The notes under the pieces are model-generated. The model saw nothing but the letters and a program-made list of their open reading frames with translations, did not search any database and was not told the origin of the DNA. Positions 1-12,478 of a stretch of DNA of 64,000 bases are shown piece by piece (positions within the stretch are counted from its first letter, which is position 1; every line of letters begins with the position of its first letter). The DNA comes from Stegostoma tigrinum (lineage: Eukaryota). The DNA lies in the NCBI RefSeq assembly GCF_030684315.1, contig NC_081373.1, positions 40,711,989 through 40,775,988 on the forward strand, in the 5' to 3' direction. Position numbers and translations under genes: made by a program.

Positions 1-1345
1 ATTGGGCAGTTTGGATTTGTCCTTCTTTTTATGTATAGGACATACTTGGGCAATTTTCCACATTGTTGGGTAGTTGCCAGTGTTATAACTGTCCTGGCAC
101 AGTTTGGCTGGGGGGGCAGCATGTTCTGAAGCACAAGTCTTCAATTTCATTGCTAGAATGTTGTCAGGACCCATAGCCTTTGCTGTATCCAGTGTCTCCA
201 ACCATTTCTTGATATCACATGGAATGAATTGTATTGGCTGAACACTGGTATTTGTAATGCTGGGGATAAAGTTTTATCTTTTGCATTGATGTGCTGGACT
301 CCTCCATCATTGAAGATGTGGATATTTGTGGAGCTTCCTCCTCCTGTGAGCTGTTTAATTGTCCATCACCATTCATGACTGGATGTGGCAGGATTGTAGA
401 GTTTAGATCTGATCCATTGGTTGTGGGATCATTTAACTTTGTCTACCTCCTGCTATGTTTACCTCATCTTCAGGCATGCCTGGTGCTGGTCCTGGTATGC
501 CCTCCTGCACCCTCTATTGAACGAGGGTTGATCCTCTGGCTTGATGGTAATGGTTGAGTGGGGGATATGTCGGGCCAAGAGGTTACAGATGGAGTACAAT
601 TCTGCTGCTGTGGATGGCCCACAGCGCCTCATGGATGCCCAGTCTTGAGTCGCTAGATCTGTGTGAAGTCTGTTCCATTTAGCACGGTGATAGTGCCAGA
701 CAACACGTTGGAGGTCTTTCTCAATGCAAAGGTGGAACATTGTCTCCACAAGGACTATGCAATAGTCAATCTTACTGATACTGTCATGGACAGATGCATC
801 TGCAGCTTCAGACTGGTCAGGATGAGGTCAAGTAGGCTTTCCCCCTTGTAAGTTCCTGCACCACCTGGCGCAGACCCAGTCCACCAACCACATCCTTTGG
901 GGTCCGACCAGCTTAATCTGTACTACTGCTGCCGGGTCACTCTTCATGGTGGACTTTGAAAGCCCCCCTCCCAGAGTACATTTCGTGCCTTTTCCATCCT
1001 CAGTGCTTCCTCCAAGGGTTGTTCAACCTGGAGGAGCACTGCTTCATCAGCTGAGTGAAGATGGTATATGGTAATCAGAAGGAGGTTTCCTTGCCCATGT
1101 TTAACCAGAAGCCATGAGACTTTGTGGGGTCTGGAGTCAATGTTGAGGACTTCCAGGCCAACTCCCACCCGACTGTATACCACTGTGCCATAACCTCGGA
1201 TGGGTCTGTCCTGCCAGTGGGACAGGACATATTCAGGGATGGTGTAGGTGGTGTCTGGGACATTGTCTGTTAGGTATGATTCTGTGAGTATGACTATGTC
1301 AGGCTGTTGCTTGACTAGACTGTGAGACAGCTCTCCCAATTTTGG
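1..1345 (-). mobile_element. Degenerate CR1/L2-group LINE fragment (APE endonuclease region), copy A
   Basis: ORF 944-1363 (LGELSHSLVKQQPDIVILTESYLTDNVPD...HWQDRPIRGYGTVVY) is an APE N-terminus. The sequence is paralleled at 1755-2319 and 5954-6810. Confidence 0.85.
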
Positions 1346-2418
1346 CAGATGCAGCCTACTCACACAGGCCTAGGCCACTACCCTGAGGAACTCCTGCAGG
1401 AGGCCTGGAGCTGAAATGACTGACTTCCATCAACCACGACCGTCTTCCTTCGTGTCAGGTATGACTCCACCACCAGAGAGTTTTTCCCCGATACCCATTG
1501 ATTCCAGTTTTGCTCGGGCTCCTTGATGCCACATTCGGTTAAATGCAGCCTTGATGTCAAGGGCTGTCGCTCTCACCTCTCCTCTGGAATTCAGCTCTTT
1601 TGTCCATGTTTGAACCGAGGCTGTAATGAGGTCAGAAGCTGAGTGGCCCTGGTAGAACCCAAACTGGGCATCACTGAGCAGGTTATTGCTGAGCAGGTGC
1701 TGCTTGATAGCGCTGTTACTGACACCTTCCATCACTTTACCAATGATCAAGGCTGAACTGATGGGGCAGTAATTGGCCAGGTTGGATTTGTCCTATTTTT
1801 TATGTATAGGATATACTTGGGCTATTTTCCACATTGTTGGGTAGACGCCAGTGTTGTAACTGTACTGGCACAGTTTGGATAAGGGAGCGGCAAGTTCTGG
1901 AGAACAAGGCTTCAGTACTATTGCCGGAATATTGGCTGGGGCCATAGCTTTGCAATATCCACTGTCTCTAATCATTTCTTGCTATAACGTGGAGTGAATG
2001 GAATTGGCTGAAGACTGGTATCTGTGATGCTGGGGACCGCTGGAGGAGGCCGAGATGGGTCATCCATTCAGCACTTCTGGCTGAAGATCGCTGCAAAAGC
2101 TTCATCCTTATCTTTTGCACTGATGTGCTGGGCTCTTCCATCATTGAGCATGGGGATATTTGTGGAGCCTCCTCACGACTGGATGTGGCAGGACTGCAGA
2201 GCTTAACCTGATCTGTTGTTTGTGGGATCGCATAGCTCTGTCTGTCATTTGCTGCTTACTCTGTTTCGTGTGCAAGTAGTCCTGTTTGGTGGCTGCACCA
2301 GGTTGACACCTCATCTTCAGAGATAATGGGAACTGCAGATGCTGGAGATTCCAAGATAATAAAATGTGAGGCTGGATGAACACAGCAGGCCAAGCAGCAT
2401 CTCAGGAGCACAAAAGCT

Positions 2419-2446
2419 GACGTTTCGGGCCTAGACCCTTCATCAG
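2419..2446 (-). ncRNA. Minimal hammerhead ribozyme motif (left PLE arm; sense to DNTT pre-mRNA)
   Basis: Exact reverse complement of 5845-5872. Confidence 0.8.
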
Positions 2447-2670
2447 AGAGGGGGATGGGGGGAGGGAACTGGAATAAATAGGGAGAGAGGGGGAGGCGGA
2501 CCGAAGATGGAGAGTAAAGAAGATGGGTGGAGAGAGTGTAGGTGGGGAGGTAGGGAGGGGATAGGTCAGTCCAGGGAAGACGGACAGGTCAAGGAGGTGG
2601 GATGAGGTTAGTAGGTAGCTGGGGGTGCGGCTTGGGGTGGGAGGAAGGGATGGGTGAGAGGAAGAACCGG

Positions 2671-4312
2671 TTAGGGAGGCAGAGACAGGTTGGACTGGTT
2701 TTGGGATGCAGTGGGTGGGGGGGAAGAGCTGGGCTGGTTGTGTGGTGCAGTGGGGGGAGGGGACGAACTGGGCTGGTTTAGGGATGCAGTAGGGGAAGGG
2801 GAGATTTTGAAACTGGTGAAGTCCACGTTGATACCATATGGCTGCAGGGTTCCCAGGCGGAATATTAGTTGCTGTTCCTGCAACCTTCGGGTGGCATCAT
2901 TGTGGCAGTGCAGGAGGCCCATGATGGACATGTCATCAAGAGAATGGGAGGGGGAGTGGAAATGGTTTGCGACTGGGAGGTGCAGTTGTTTGTTGCGAAC
3001 TGAGCGGAGGTGTTCTGCAAAGCGGTCCCCAAGCCTCCGCTTGGTTTCCCCAATGTAGAGGAAGCCGCACCGGGTACAGTGGATGCAGTATACCACATTG
3101 GCAGATGTGCAGGTGAACCTCTGCTTAATCTGGAATGTCATCTTGGGGCCTGGGATGGGGGTGAGGGAGGAGGTGTGGGGACAAGTGTAGCATTTCCTGC
3201 GGTTGCAGGGGAAGGTGCCGGGTGTGGTGGGGTTGGAGGGCAGTGTGGAGCGAACAAGGGAGTCACGGAGAGAGTGGTCTCTCCGGAAAGCAGACAGGGG
3301 AGGGGATGGAAAAATGTCTTGGGTGGTGGGGTCGGATTGTAAATAGCGGAAGTGTCGGAGGATAATGCGTTGTATCCGGAGGTTGGTAGGGTGGTGTGTG
3401 AGAACGAGGGGGATCCTCTTGGGGCGGTTGTGGCGGGGGCGGGGTGTGAGGGATGTGTCGCGGGAAATGCGGGAGACGCGGTCAAGGGCGTTCTCGATCA
3501 CCGTGGGGGGAAAGTTGCGGTCCTTAAAGAACTTGGACATCTGTGATGTGCGGGAGTGGAATGTCTTATCGTGGGAGCAGATGCGGCGGAGGCGGAGGAA
3601 TTGGGAATAGGGGATGGAATTTTTGCAGGAGGGTGGGTGGGAGGAGGTGTATTCTAGGTAGCTGTGGGAGTCGGTGGGCTTGAAATGGACATCAGTTACA
3701 AGCTGGTTGCCTGAGATGGAGACTGAGAGGTCCAGGAAGGGGAGGGATGTGCTGGAGATGGCCCAGGTGAACTGAAGGTTGGGGTGGAAGGTGTTGGTGA
3801 AGTGGATGAACTGTTCGAGCTCCTCTGGGGAGCAAGAGGCGGCGCCGATACAGTCATCAATGTACCGGAGGAAGAGGTGGGGTTTGGGGCCTGTGTAGGT
3901 GCGGAAGAGGGACTGTTTCACGTAACCTACAAAAAGGCAGGCATAGCTGGGGCCCATGCGGGTGCCCATGGCCACCCCCTTAGTCTGTAGGAAGTGGGAG
4001 GAGTCAAAAGAGAAGTTGTTGAGTGTGAGGACGAGTTCAGCTAGGCGGATGAGAGTGTCGGTGGAGGGGGCCTGGTCGGGCCTGCGGGACAGGAAGAAGC
4101 GGAGGGCCTTGAGGCCATCTCCATGCGGAATGCAGGTGTACAGGGACTGGACGTCCATGGTGAATATGAGGTGTTGGGGGCCAGGGAATTGGAAGTCCTG
4201 GAGGAGGTGAAGGGCGTGGGTGGTGTCACGGACGTAGGTGGGGAGTTCCTGGACCAAAGGGGAGAAAATGGAGTCCAGATAGGTGGAGATGAGTTCGGTG
4301 GGGCAGGAGCAG
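2671..4312 (-). CDS. PLE reverse transcriptase + GIY-YIG endonuclease, 5'-truncated open frame (left copy)
   Basis: Motifs FTMDVQSLYT, QTKGVAMGTRMGPSYACLF and RYIDD; Cys-rich linker PCNRRKCYTC; VVYCIHCTRCGFLYIGETKRRLGDRFAEH (GIY-YIG). The ORF start at 4335 is only read-through from the opposite arm. Confidence 0.9.
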
Positions 4313-4318
4313 GGGCAG

Positions 4319-5620
4319 GCCATGGGCACCCACATGGGCCCCAGCTATGCCTGCCTTTTTGTAGGTTACGTGGAACAGTCCCTCTTCCGCACCTACACAG
4401 GCCCCAAACCCCACCTCTTCCTCCGGTACATTGATGACTGTATCGGCGCCGCCTCTTGCTCCCCAGAGGAGCTCGAACAGTTCATCCACTTCACCAACAC
4501 CTTCCACCCCAACCTTCAGTTCACCTGGGCCATCTCCAGCACATCCTTCACCTTCCTGGACCTCTCAGTCTCCATCTCAGGCAACCAGCTTGTAACTGAT
4601 GTCCATTTCAAGCCCACCGACTCCCACAGCTACCTAGAATACACCTCCTCCCACCCACCATCCTGCAAAAATTCCATCCCCTATTCCCAATTCCTCCGCC
4701 TCCGCCGCATCTGCTCCCACGATAAGACATTCCACTCCCGCACATCACAGATGTCCAAGTTCTTTAAGGACCGCAACTTTCCCCCCACGGTGATCGAGAA
4801 CGCCCTTGACCGCGTCTCCCGCATTTCCCGCGACACATCCCTCACACCCCGCCCCCGCCACAACCGCCCCAAGAGGATCCCCCTCGTTCTCACACACCAC
4901 CCTACCAACCTCCGGATACAACGCATTATCCTCCGACACTTCCGCTATTTACAATCCGACCCCACCACCCAAGACATTTTTCCATCCCCTCCCCTGTCTG
5001 CTTTCCGGAGACATCACTCTCTCCGTGACTCCCTTGTTCGCTCCACACTGCCCTCCAACCCCACCACACCCGGCACCTTCCCCTGCAACCGCAGGAAATG
5101 CTACACTTGTCCCCACACCTCCTCCCTCACCCCCATCCCAGGCCCCAAGATGACATTCCAGATTAAGCAGAGGTTCACCTGCACATCTGCCAATGTGGTA
5201 TACTGCATCCACTGTACCCGGTGCGGCTTCCTCTACATTGGGGAAACCAAACGGAGGCTTGGGGACCGCTTTGCAGAACACCTCCGCTCAGTTCGCAACA
5301 AACAACTGCACCTCCCAGTCGCAAACCATTTCCACTCCCCCTCCCATTCTCTTGATGACATGTCCATCATGGGCCTCCTGCACTGCCACAATGATGCCAC
5401 CCGAAGGTTGCAGGAACAGCAACTCATATTCCGCCTGGGAACCCTGCAGCCATATGGTATCAATGTGGACTTCACCAGTTTCAAAATCTCCCCTTCCCCT
5501 ACTGCATCCCTAAACCAGCCCAGTTCATCCCCTCCCCCCACTGCACCACACAACCAGCCCAGCTCTTCCCCCCCACCCACTGCATCCCAAAACCAGTCCA
5601 ACCTGTCTCTGCCTCCCTAA
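4319..5620 (+). CDS. PLE RT C-terminal half + GIY-YIG endonuclease, 5'-truncated open frame (right copy)
   Basis: Same protein from AMGTHMGPSY onward with only a few substitutions. The C-terminus has three 13-aa repeats (SPPPTAxxNQPSS). Confidence 0.9.
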   Translation, partial: AMGTHMGPSYACLFVGYVEQSLFRTYTGPKPHLFLRYIDDCIGAASCSPEELEQFIHFTNTFHPNLQFTWAISSTSFTFLDLSVSISGNQLVTDVHFKPTDSHSYLEYTSSHPPSCKNSIPYSQFLRLRRICSHDKTFHSRTSQMSKFFKDRNFPPTVIENALDRVSRISRDTSLTPRPRHNRPKRIPLVLTHHPTNLRIQRIILRHFRYLQSDPTTQDIFPSPPLSAFRRHHSLRDSLVRSTLPSNPTTPGTFPCNRRKCYTCPHTSSLTPIPGPKMTFQIKQRFTCTSANVVYCIHCTRCGFLYIGETKRRLGDRFAEHLRSVRNKQLHLPVANHFHSPSHSLDDMSIMGLLHCHNDATRRLQEQQLIFRLGTLQPYGINVDFTSFKISPSPTASLNQPSSSPPPTAPHNQPSSSPPPTASQNQSNLSLPP

Positions 5621-5844
5621 CCGGTTCTTCCTCTCACCCATCCCTTCCTCCCACCCCAAGCCGCACCCCCAGCTACCTACTAACCTCATCCCACCTCCTT
5701 GACCTGTCCGTCTTCCCTGGACTGACCTATCCCCTCCCTACCTCCCCACCTACACTCTCTCCACCTATCTTCTTTACTCTCCATCTTCGGTCCGCCTCCC
5801 CCTCTCTCCCTATTTATTCCAGTTCCCTCCCCCCATCCCCCTCT

Positions 5845-5872
5845 CTGATGAAGGGTCTAGGCCCGAAACGTC
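5845..5872 (+). ncRNA. Minimal type I hammerhead ribozyme motif in PLE 3' region
   Basis: CTGATGA-A-GGGT(CTAG)GCCC-GAAA-CGTC^AG: both conserved core boxes, stem II, and the short palindromic stem III typical of PLE minimal hammerheads. Confidence 0.8.
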
Positions 5873-8190
5873 AGCTTTTGTGCTCCTGAGATGCTGCTTG
5901 GCCTGCTGTGTTCATCCAGCCTCACATTTTATTATCTTGACACCTCATCTTCAACTGTGTTTAGTGCTGCTCCTGACATGCCCTCCTGCACCCATCCCCT
6001 GGGTTGATGGTAATGGTTGAGTGGGGGATATGCCAGACCATGAGGTTACAGATTGTGCTGAAATTCAATTTCACTACTGTTGATCGCCCACAGCACCTCA
6101 TGGATGGCCAGTCTCAAGTTGCTCTTTGAAGTCTGTCCCATTTAGCATGGTAATAGTGCCACACAACACGATGGAGGGTGTTCTCAATGTGAAGGTGGGA
6201 CTTCGTCTCCACAAGGACTGTGCAATGGTCACTCTTACTGATACTGTCATGGACAGATACATCTACAGCTGACAGATTAGTAAGAATGAGGTCAAGTATG
6301 TTTTTCTCTCTTGTTGGCCCCTTCACCGCCTGCCATAGACCCACCCGAACAGTTATGTCCTTTAGGACGCCCTTAGCTCGATCAGTAGTACAACAGCCGG
6401 GCCACTTTTGCTGGTGGATATTGAAATCCGTCACCCACAATGCATTTTGTGCCCTTGACAATCCTCAGTGCTTTTTCCAAGGATTCTTCAGCCTGGGGGA
6501 ATACTGATTTATCAGCTGAGGCAGGACAGAATGTGGTGATCACATGGAGGTTTCCTTGCCCATGTTTAACCTGAAGCCATGAGTCTCCATGGGGTCCAAA
6601 GTCAGTGTTGCGGACTCCCAGAGCAACTCCCTCCTAACTGTATACCATTGTGCGGCCACCTCTGCTGGGTCTGTCCTGCTGGCGGGACAGAATTTCTCCA
6701 GGAATGGTGATGATGGTGTCTGAGACATTTTCCGTAAGTTATGATTCCATGAGTATGACTATGTCAGGCTGTTGCTTGACTAGTCTGTGGGATAGCTCTC
6801 CCAATTTTGGCACTAACCCCCAGATGTTTGTGAGGAGGACTTTGCAAAGTCTTCATGGCTGTTTCTGCTGTTGTCTTTTGGTGCCTGGGTCGATGCCAGG
6901 TGATCCGTCCAGTTTCATTTCTTTGAGACTTTGTAGTGATTGGTATGACTGATTGGCTTGTTAGGCCATTTCAGAGTGTGGTTTAGAGTCAATCACCTTG
7001 CTGTGCATCTGGTGTCACAAATAGGTCAGACCAGATGAGGATGGCAGATTTCCTTCCCTGAAGGACAATAGCGAACCAGATCAAAAATCTTGTCATTGTC
7101 GGAGGTAAGGAAATTTAGTCAATGAGAATCGAGAAGGTAGATGATCAGGGCTTGCTGTGAGCTAAAACGTGAAGCAACATTTTGAATGAGATCAAGTTTA
7201 AGGTGGGGAGGGTACAGAAATAGTGAAAGCTAGATGCAGCAAATAAACTGACACAGGGCAGAGAGGGTAATGCAGTGGAGGTGGGACCAGGTGATCGTGA
7301 TAATTAAAAGGCAATGGTGTTGAACTTTCACCTCAGTGTCAAATTTCAAACATTCTGGTAGAGCCTGAGACAGTACCAAGCAAAGGGATGAGATGAATGC
7401 CTAGTGAATGGAGTTTGTGGCAAGGAGCAAAGACAGTAGTTTCAGTCTTTCTAATATTTAATTAGGAGAAATTTCTTTGCATCCAAATTAGGAAATCTGA
7501 CAAGCAGCATAACAAATTAAAGGCAGTGGCGAGCTCAGGACAGTTGGTAGTGAATTAGAGTTAGAACATCAACAGCACACTTGTACAAACTGGCACAGCG
7601 CTTTCAGATGGTGTCACTAAGCAACAGCTAATGGATGAGAAACAGGACAGAGCCATGGACACATCCTCAGGAACTCGAGAGGTAACTTCGTAGGAGACAA
7701 CGAGAAGCCATTACAAGAAATACAATGATTATGATTGAGTAGGAATGGAAGAAGGAATGGCAGACCCATAAAACTCGATAATCGAAGACAAGTGTTGGAG
7801 GATGATGGTATGATCTATTATTTTAATAGTTTCATTTACTATTTAAGTGCATCAGTTGCCTGACACAGCGTAATATTTAATAACTTCAAGCCTGTCACAT
7901 AAATATTGTTTGACATGTATTCTCAGTTGTTCTTTCTTACCAATATCCTTGAATCTCCTTGCTATCTGGATGAGAAGCCATTAATAACAGATTTGCCAAA
8001 ATAAGATGTCACTTTTATTCAGTTTAAGCAATTGTACAGCACGTGTTCGAATGATGCAGAATGATCAGCTATCTTTCATCTCACTGGAGTTAAAACAAAA
8101 TAACTTTGTGCACTCAAGAATGCTGGCAAGCCTTACAGTAAACATGCATAATACTGGAGCTCATGGTTAATTCTGTAAGGTAAAATTTAC

Positions 8191-8365
8191 CTGAAGCTTA
8201 TGCCGTTCCTCTATTTCCACAGGCTTTCCAGCAGCCATGCTGTCTGTGAACCAGGAGATATTGAGCATCTTAAGCTTGTCTGCATTTAACAGCTTCAGGT
8301 TTTGAATCCAGTCCCAAATTTCATTCCAAGAATTATTCTCTGTCACAATATGTGTGACTGAATCA
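8191..8365 (-). CDS. DNTT: DNTT coding exon 2 (rest of BRCT domain); not in the ORF track
   Basis: Acceptor TTTTTGTTTCAATAG| and donor CAG|GTAAAT bound 175 nt. The phase fits exon 1 (AG+T = Ser). It reads (S)DSVTHIVTENNSWNEIWDWIQNLKLLNADKLKMLNISWFTDSMAAGKPVEIEERHKLQ, like human SDSVTHIVAENNSGSDVLEWLQ...LLDVSWLIECIRAGKPVE. Exon 3 was not found, so it probably lies left of the window. Confidence 0.96.
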
Positions 8366-10480
8366 CTATTGAAACAAAAAGATAATAATTAGAATATTAT
8401 CTTGCATTTTATAACATTTAGTGAATGGTAGTACAACATCAGTGCAAGTTACTATGGTAATCCTTCAGAGGAAAAAGTGCACTTTATTACTGGGGTTAAA
8501 GTAGCTGAAGTATCATAGCCACTGAGGTGCCCTGAGGTCTGCACTCCCCACTCAGGTCACGTCCCAATTAAAGTGCAACTGTGTTATGCTGGGGCTGCAA
8601 AAAACAATGGGGCTAATGTTGCAATTTAATTCTCAGCAATGATTCTAAGAACCTGAAATTGACTTTTTAAAAACAAGTATTCAAATTAGGGACATTTACT
8701 GAGAGATAAATCAACTTGTCAGAGAGCAATTTTTTAGTGATAGGCAATAAAATGCAAAGCCGATATTAAGGATAGCAAAATTTAATACATTTCGTTCCTT
8801 ACGATGCAAGCTAAGTTTTGTAGCATCACAATTTAATTTTAGCCATTCCGACTCTATCAGACAGGAAACAGAATAGAGTATTTATTTTCAGCAGCCTACA
8901 TTGGTATGCATGGAACTAAATTAGCATTACTGGTGCAGACTGCACTTAACTTCTCATTTACACAATAAACAAACTCAACTCTCTTCACATTTCTCACACG
9001 AAGAATTAAAAATCTATATTGTATCCTTCCTTCCTAATGTAATTTCTCAGGCCACTTTGTCTTAATGGCATCTCTGATCTTCTCAACTCTTCTCAAAACT
9101 TTGGTATTCTTTACTGTCTCCCAAGCATGCATTGTACATTTCGTTTCACTATTTTCCCTATATGTCAGTGACCTTCAAATCTTCATTGGTATGCATAACC
9201 ATTTCCTCAGTCAACATCTTATTAAAAAATTTTAAATGCTGGGCCTTTGGCCATAAATAGCAGTACAAAAAGTGAGTTATGTAGACAAGAAAATTCTGCT
9301 TAGAAGATCCCTAAAGATAAACAACATAAGAATGCCAATGATCCAAGAAACAGACACAGAATAACACTACTAAAAATAGTTTTAACAATGGTCATTAGAA
9401 CGCCACGTGGAATTTCTTCTTCAGTGCCCAGAAGTATGAAGAAGAAACAATATGTATGAATGCTGTCCGTTTAACTTATAAATATTAGCGTCGCTCACAT
9501 ATTATCATTGTGAAAATAAACACATCAGATTTACCGAAATAAATATGTGCGTATAGCATCTTTTAATTATATAGTGGTAATTTTTTTTTCTCTTCATAAA
9601 CGACAGTTCCATTAATATATCCCTCATCTGCTTCTTGATCTCATTATCTCATCCCATAATAATTAAAATAAAGCATACGCACATGAGAAATCCATTCAAT
9701 ACTGTGATAATTTTCCTGATCCACACTGGCAGGGGGGAGTTTACCAGCTACAGGACCGGGGAAGTTTAGAGGTTTACAGCACAGAAGGAGGCCATTTGGC
9801 ACATTGTGTCTGTGCCACTTCTCAGTTTTTGCACAGAGGAAAAAGAAATGTTGCATGCTTCTCATTTCATTACTTGCACAGCTGGCAAGTGAGGCTCCCT
9901 GTTGACAGCGCAATTTTGCAAAATCAGTTCTTCGAACGCGTGTAAAAATAGAATATACCTATTTCTATAATTAAACTCATTAAGTGCAGTGTACATTCAT
10001 AGCTTCACAGTACTTAAAGCCATCGGGCCCTGCAAAATGTCACCATGTCATTTGTTTATCATGACACAAATTCAGAGAGGGAAACAAAAATGATTCCACT
10101 TTTCAATAAATAATCCAATATCTAATAATTCACACTAAATGTGAATGAATCACAAATAGCAAAATATCTATGAAGAACAAGTAATCATGGAAATTCCTGA
10201 ACTTTTTAAAAAAGCTCTTATTTACAAAACAACAAAATCTGCTAATCAATTTGTTCAAAACCCTTGAGTGGACAATCATTTTGAGAAAACTGACTTTATA
10301 AATTTAACAACTACCATTTATAACATAATAATTAGAAAATGAATATCCAAATTAATTGAATTTACCCATACATTGGCTCTGAAATGTTTCCCAGCTCTCC
10401 CAGTTTCACTCTGTAACTCAAAACACCCCCAAAAATAGCAAAAACTAGATACAAGTCAGGAAAGTTCTGCAGAATGTTTC

Positions 10481-10613
10481 AGAGATAGTAGGAACTGCAG
10501 ATGCTGGAGAATCTGAAATAACAAGGTGTAGAGCTGGATGAACACAGCAAGGCAAAGCAGCATCAGAGGAGCAAGAAGGCCGACACTTTGGGTCTAGACC
10601 CTTCCCCAGAAAA
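10481..10613 (-). mobile_element. Short PLE 3'-end fragment (related subfamily)
   Basis: GAGATAGTAGGAACTGCAGATGCTGGAG...GGATGAACACAGC... is similar to 2320-2450. Similar pieces at 13256-13383, 45427-45520 and 55695-55775. Confidence 0.75.
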
Positions 10614-11611
10614 TGGGGAATAATTTTGGTGCCTATATGTAATGCCCATATTATCATCATCAAAAGTGAAGCAATCAACATGGTCTGTGCTAAAAGTGGT
10701 TGTAGTGCTGACATTTGTTGCCTCTGTATTTTAAATGGGTTCACAATTTATAAAAACTGATGAACAATTTTTGTCCTCTGATTGAATTCTACGTATTGCA
10801 TGAGCTTGATGGGTATGAGATTGCTAGCTTTGTGATTTAGATTTACTGTAGTGGCCAAGAGATTGGAAAAGAGGAATGTAGGGTTTACACCAAATGCGCA
10901 TCTTTGCAGTGATCCAAACACCATGTTGAAACTGCAAATCATTATAATGATCCAAGCATGCAGCCATTCATGTCAACATTGTACCACTTCAGGGCTGTCA
11001 GCCTCTCTTAAAGGGGATGTAGAGTGATTGCAGAGAAACTTCTAACAGTGACAAAATGGCTGAAAGCTTCATGTTCTCTGATGTTACATTGGAGGTCCTG
11101 GTGTAGATGGTGGGAGAGAATCAGGGAATCTTGTTACACCCAGCAAGACTTTCAGGTCATACCTTCACTGACAGTAGGAAGAGTTTGCAAAAGTGAATGA
11201 TCAGAATTTCATGTTCAGGACATTTACACCACTGAAAGAGACCATTTGTCCCGTTCAGTTCATGTCACTTCTCTGTGGAGCAATACAGTTGGGTCTCACT
11301 CAATCCCCATAACTCTGCAACTTTATTTCCTTCAAGATCTTAATCAACTTCTTTTTGAAATCATTGTTTCCACTTCCACTATCCTGCTGGCAGCTATCTC
11401 TAAGTCATTATCACTTGCTGATTAAAAAGTGCTGTATCCCACACATATCCCCTGCATCTCTTACCCAATAGTTGGAATCCTGTAACACCATGCCCTTGTT
11501 CAAATAGCTAATGCAAACAGTTTTTCCATTTCTTCTTTATCCAAATCTACCATATTCTTGTGCACCTCAACCAAATCTCCCCTCACTTGTTCTAAGCAGG
11601 ACCACACCATC

Positions 11612-12478
11612 CTGCCCCCACACATCCTCCCTCACCCCTATCCCAGGCCTCAAGATGACATTCCACATTAAGCAGAGGTTCACCTGCACATCTGCCAATG
11701 TGGTATACTGCATCCACTGTACCCGGTGTGGCTTCCTCTACATTGGGAAAACCAAGCGGAGGCTTGGAGACCGCTTTGCAGAACACCTCCGCTCAGTTCG
11801 CAACAAACAACTGCACCTCCCAGTCGCAAACCATTTCCACTCCCCCTCCCATTCTTTAGATGACATGTCCATCATGGGCCTCCTGCAGTGCCACAATGAT
11901 GCCACCCGAAGGTTGCAGGAACAGCAACTCATATTCCGCCTGGGAACCATGCAGCCTAATGGTATCAATGTGGACTTCACCAGTTTCAAAATCTCCCCTT
12001 CCCCAACTGCATCCCTAAACCAGCCCAGATCGTCCCCTCCCCCCACTGCATCACACAACCAGCCCAGCTCTTCCCCCCCACCCACTGCATCCCAAAACCA
12101 GTCCAACCTGTCTCTGCCTCCCTAACTGGTTCTTCCTCTCACCCATCCCTTCCTCCCACCCCAAGCCACACCCCCATCTACCTACTAACCTCATCCCACC
12201 TCCTTGACCTGTCCGTCTTCCCTGGACTGACCTATCCCCTCCCTACCTCCCCACCTATACTCTCTCCACCTATCTTCTTTACTCTCCATCTTCGGTCCGC
12301 CTCCCCCTCTCTCCCTGTTTATTCCAGAACCCTCACCCCATTCCCCTCTCTGATGAAGGGTCTAGGCCCGAAACGTCAGCTTTTGTGCTCCTGAGATGCT
12401 GCTTGGCCTGCTGTGTTCATCCAGCCTCACATTTTATTATCTTGGAATTCTCCAGCATCTGCCGTTCCCATTATCTCT
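11612..12478 (+). mobile_element. 5'-truncated PLE (same family): GIY-YIG region, 3' UTR, hammerhead at 12350-12377 and complete 3' tail
   Basis: Near-identical to 5108-5939 plus the tail. TSD CCACACCATC at 11602-11611 and 12479-12488. Confidence 0.93.

Larger units (their letters stand above)
2320..5939. mobile_element. Penelope-like retroelement (Neptune-type) insertion with two inverted 5'-truncated copies
   Basis: Left copy on - (2320-~4312), right copy on + (~4313-5939). Arms 2352-3972 and 4319-5939 are reverse complements. Target-site duplication TTGACACCTCATCTTCA at 2303-2319 and 5937-5953. Confidence 0.95.
1346..7082 (-). mobile_element. Degenerate CR1/L2-group LINE fragment (APE + start of RT), copy B, split by the PLE insertion at 2320-5939
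   Basis: RT motifs QFGF...ALDIKAAFNRMWH (1430-1750) and PELAAPLSKL...WKIAQVYPIHKK. APE motifs PTREKNILDLILTN...SDH at 6114-6461. The sequence continues across the PLE. Confidence 0.85.

Noticed and set aside
4283-4335. Apparent start codons for the 445-aa and 554-aa PLE ORFs
   Set aside because: Both starts come from reading across the inversion junction into the opposite arm; both copies lack the RT N-terminus and are not autonomous.
2690-5601. Many overlapping 60-120 aa ORFs in alternative frames and strands
   Set aside because: They are shadow frames of the GC-rich PLE ORF, duplicated by the palindrome.
2320-5939. Palindrome as a long-read fold-back assembly artefact
   Set aside because: The arms differ at several positions, the ends are asymmetric, a TSD flanks the unit and the host LINE continues on both sides. 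Read-level confirmation is still desirable.
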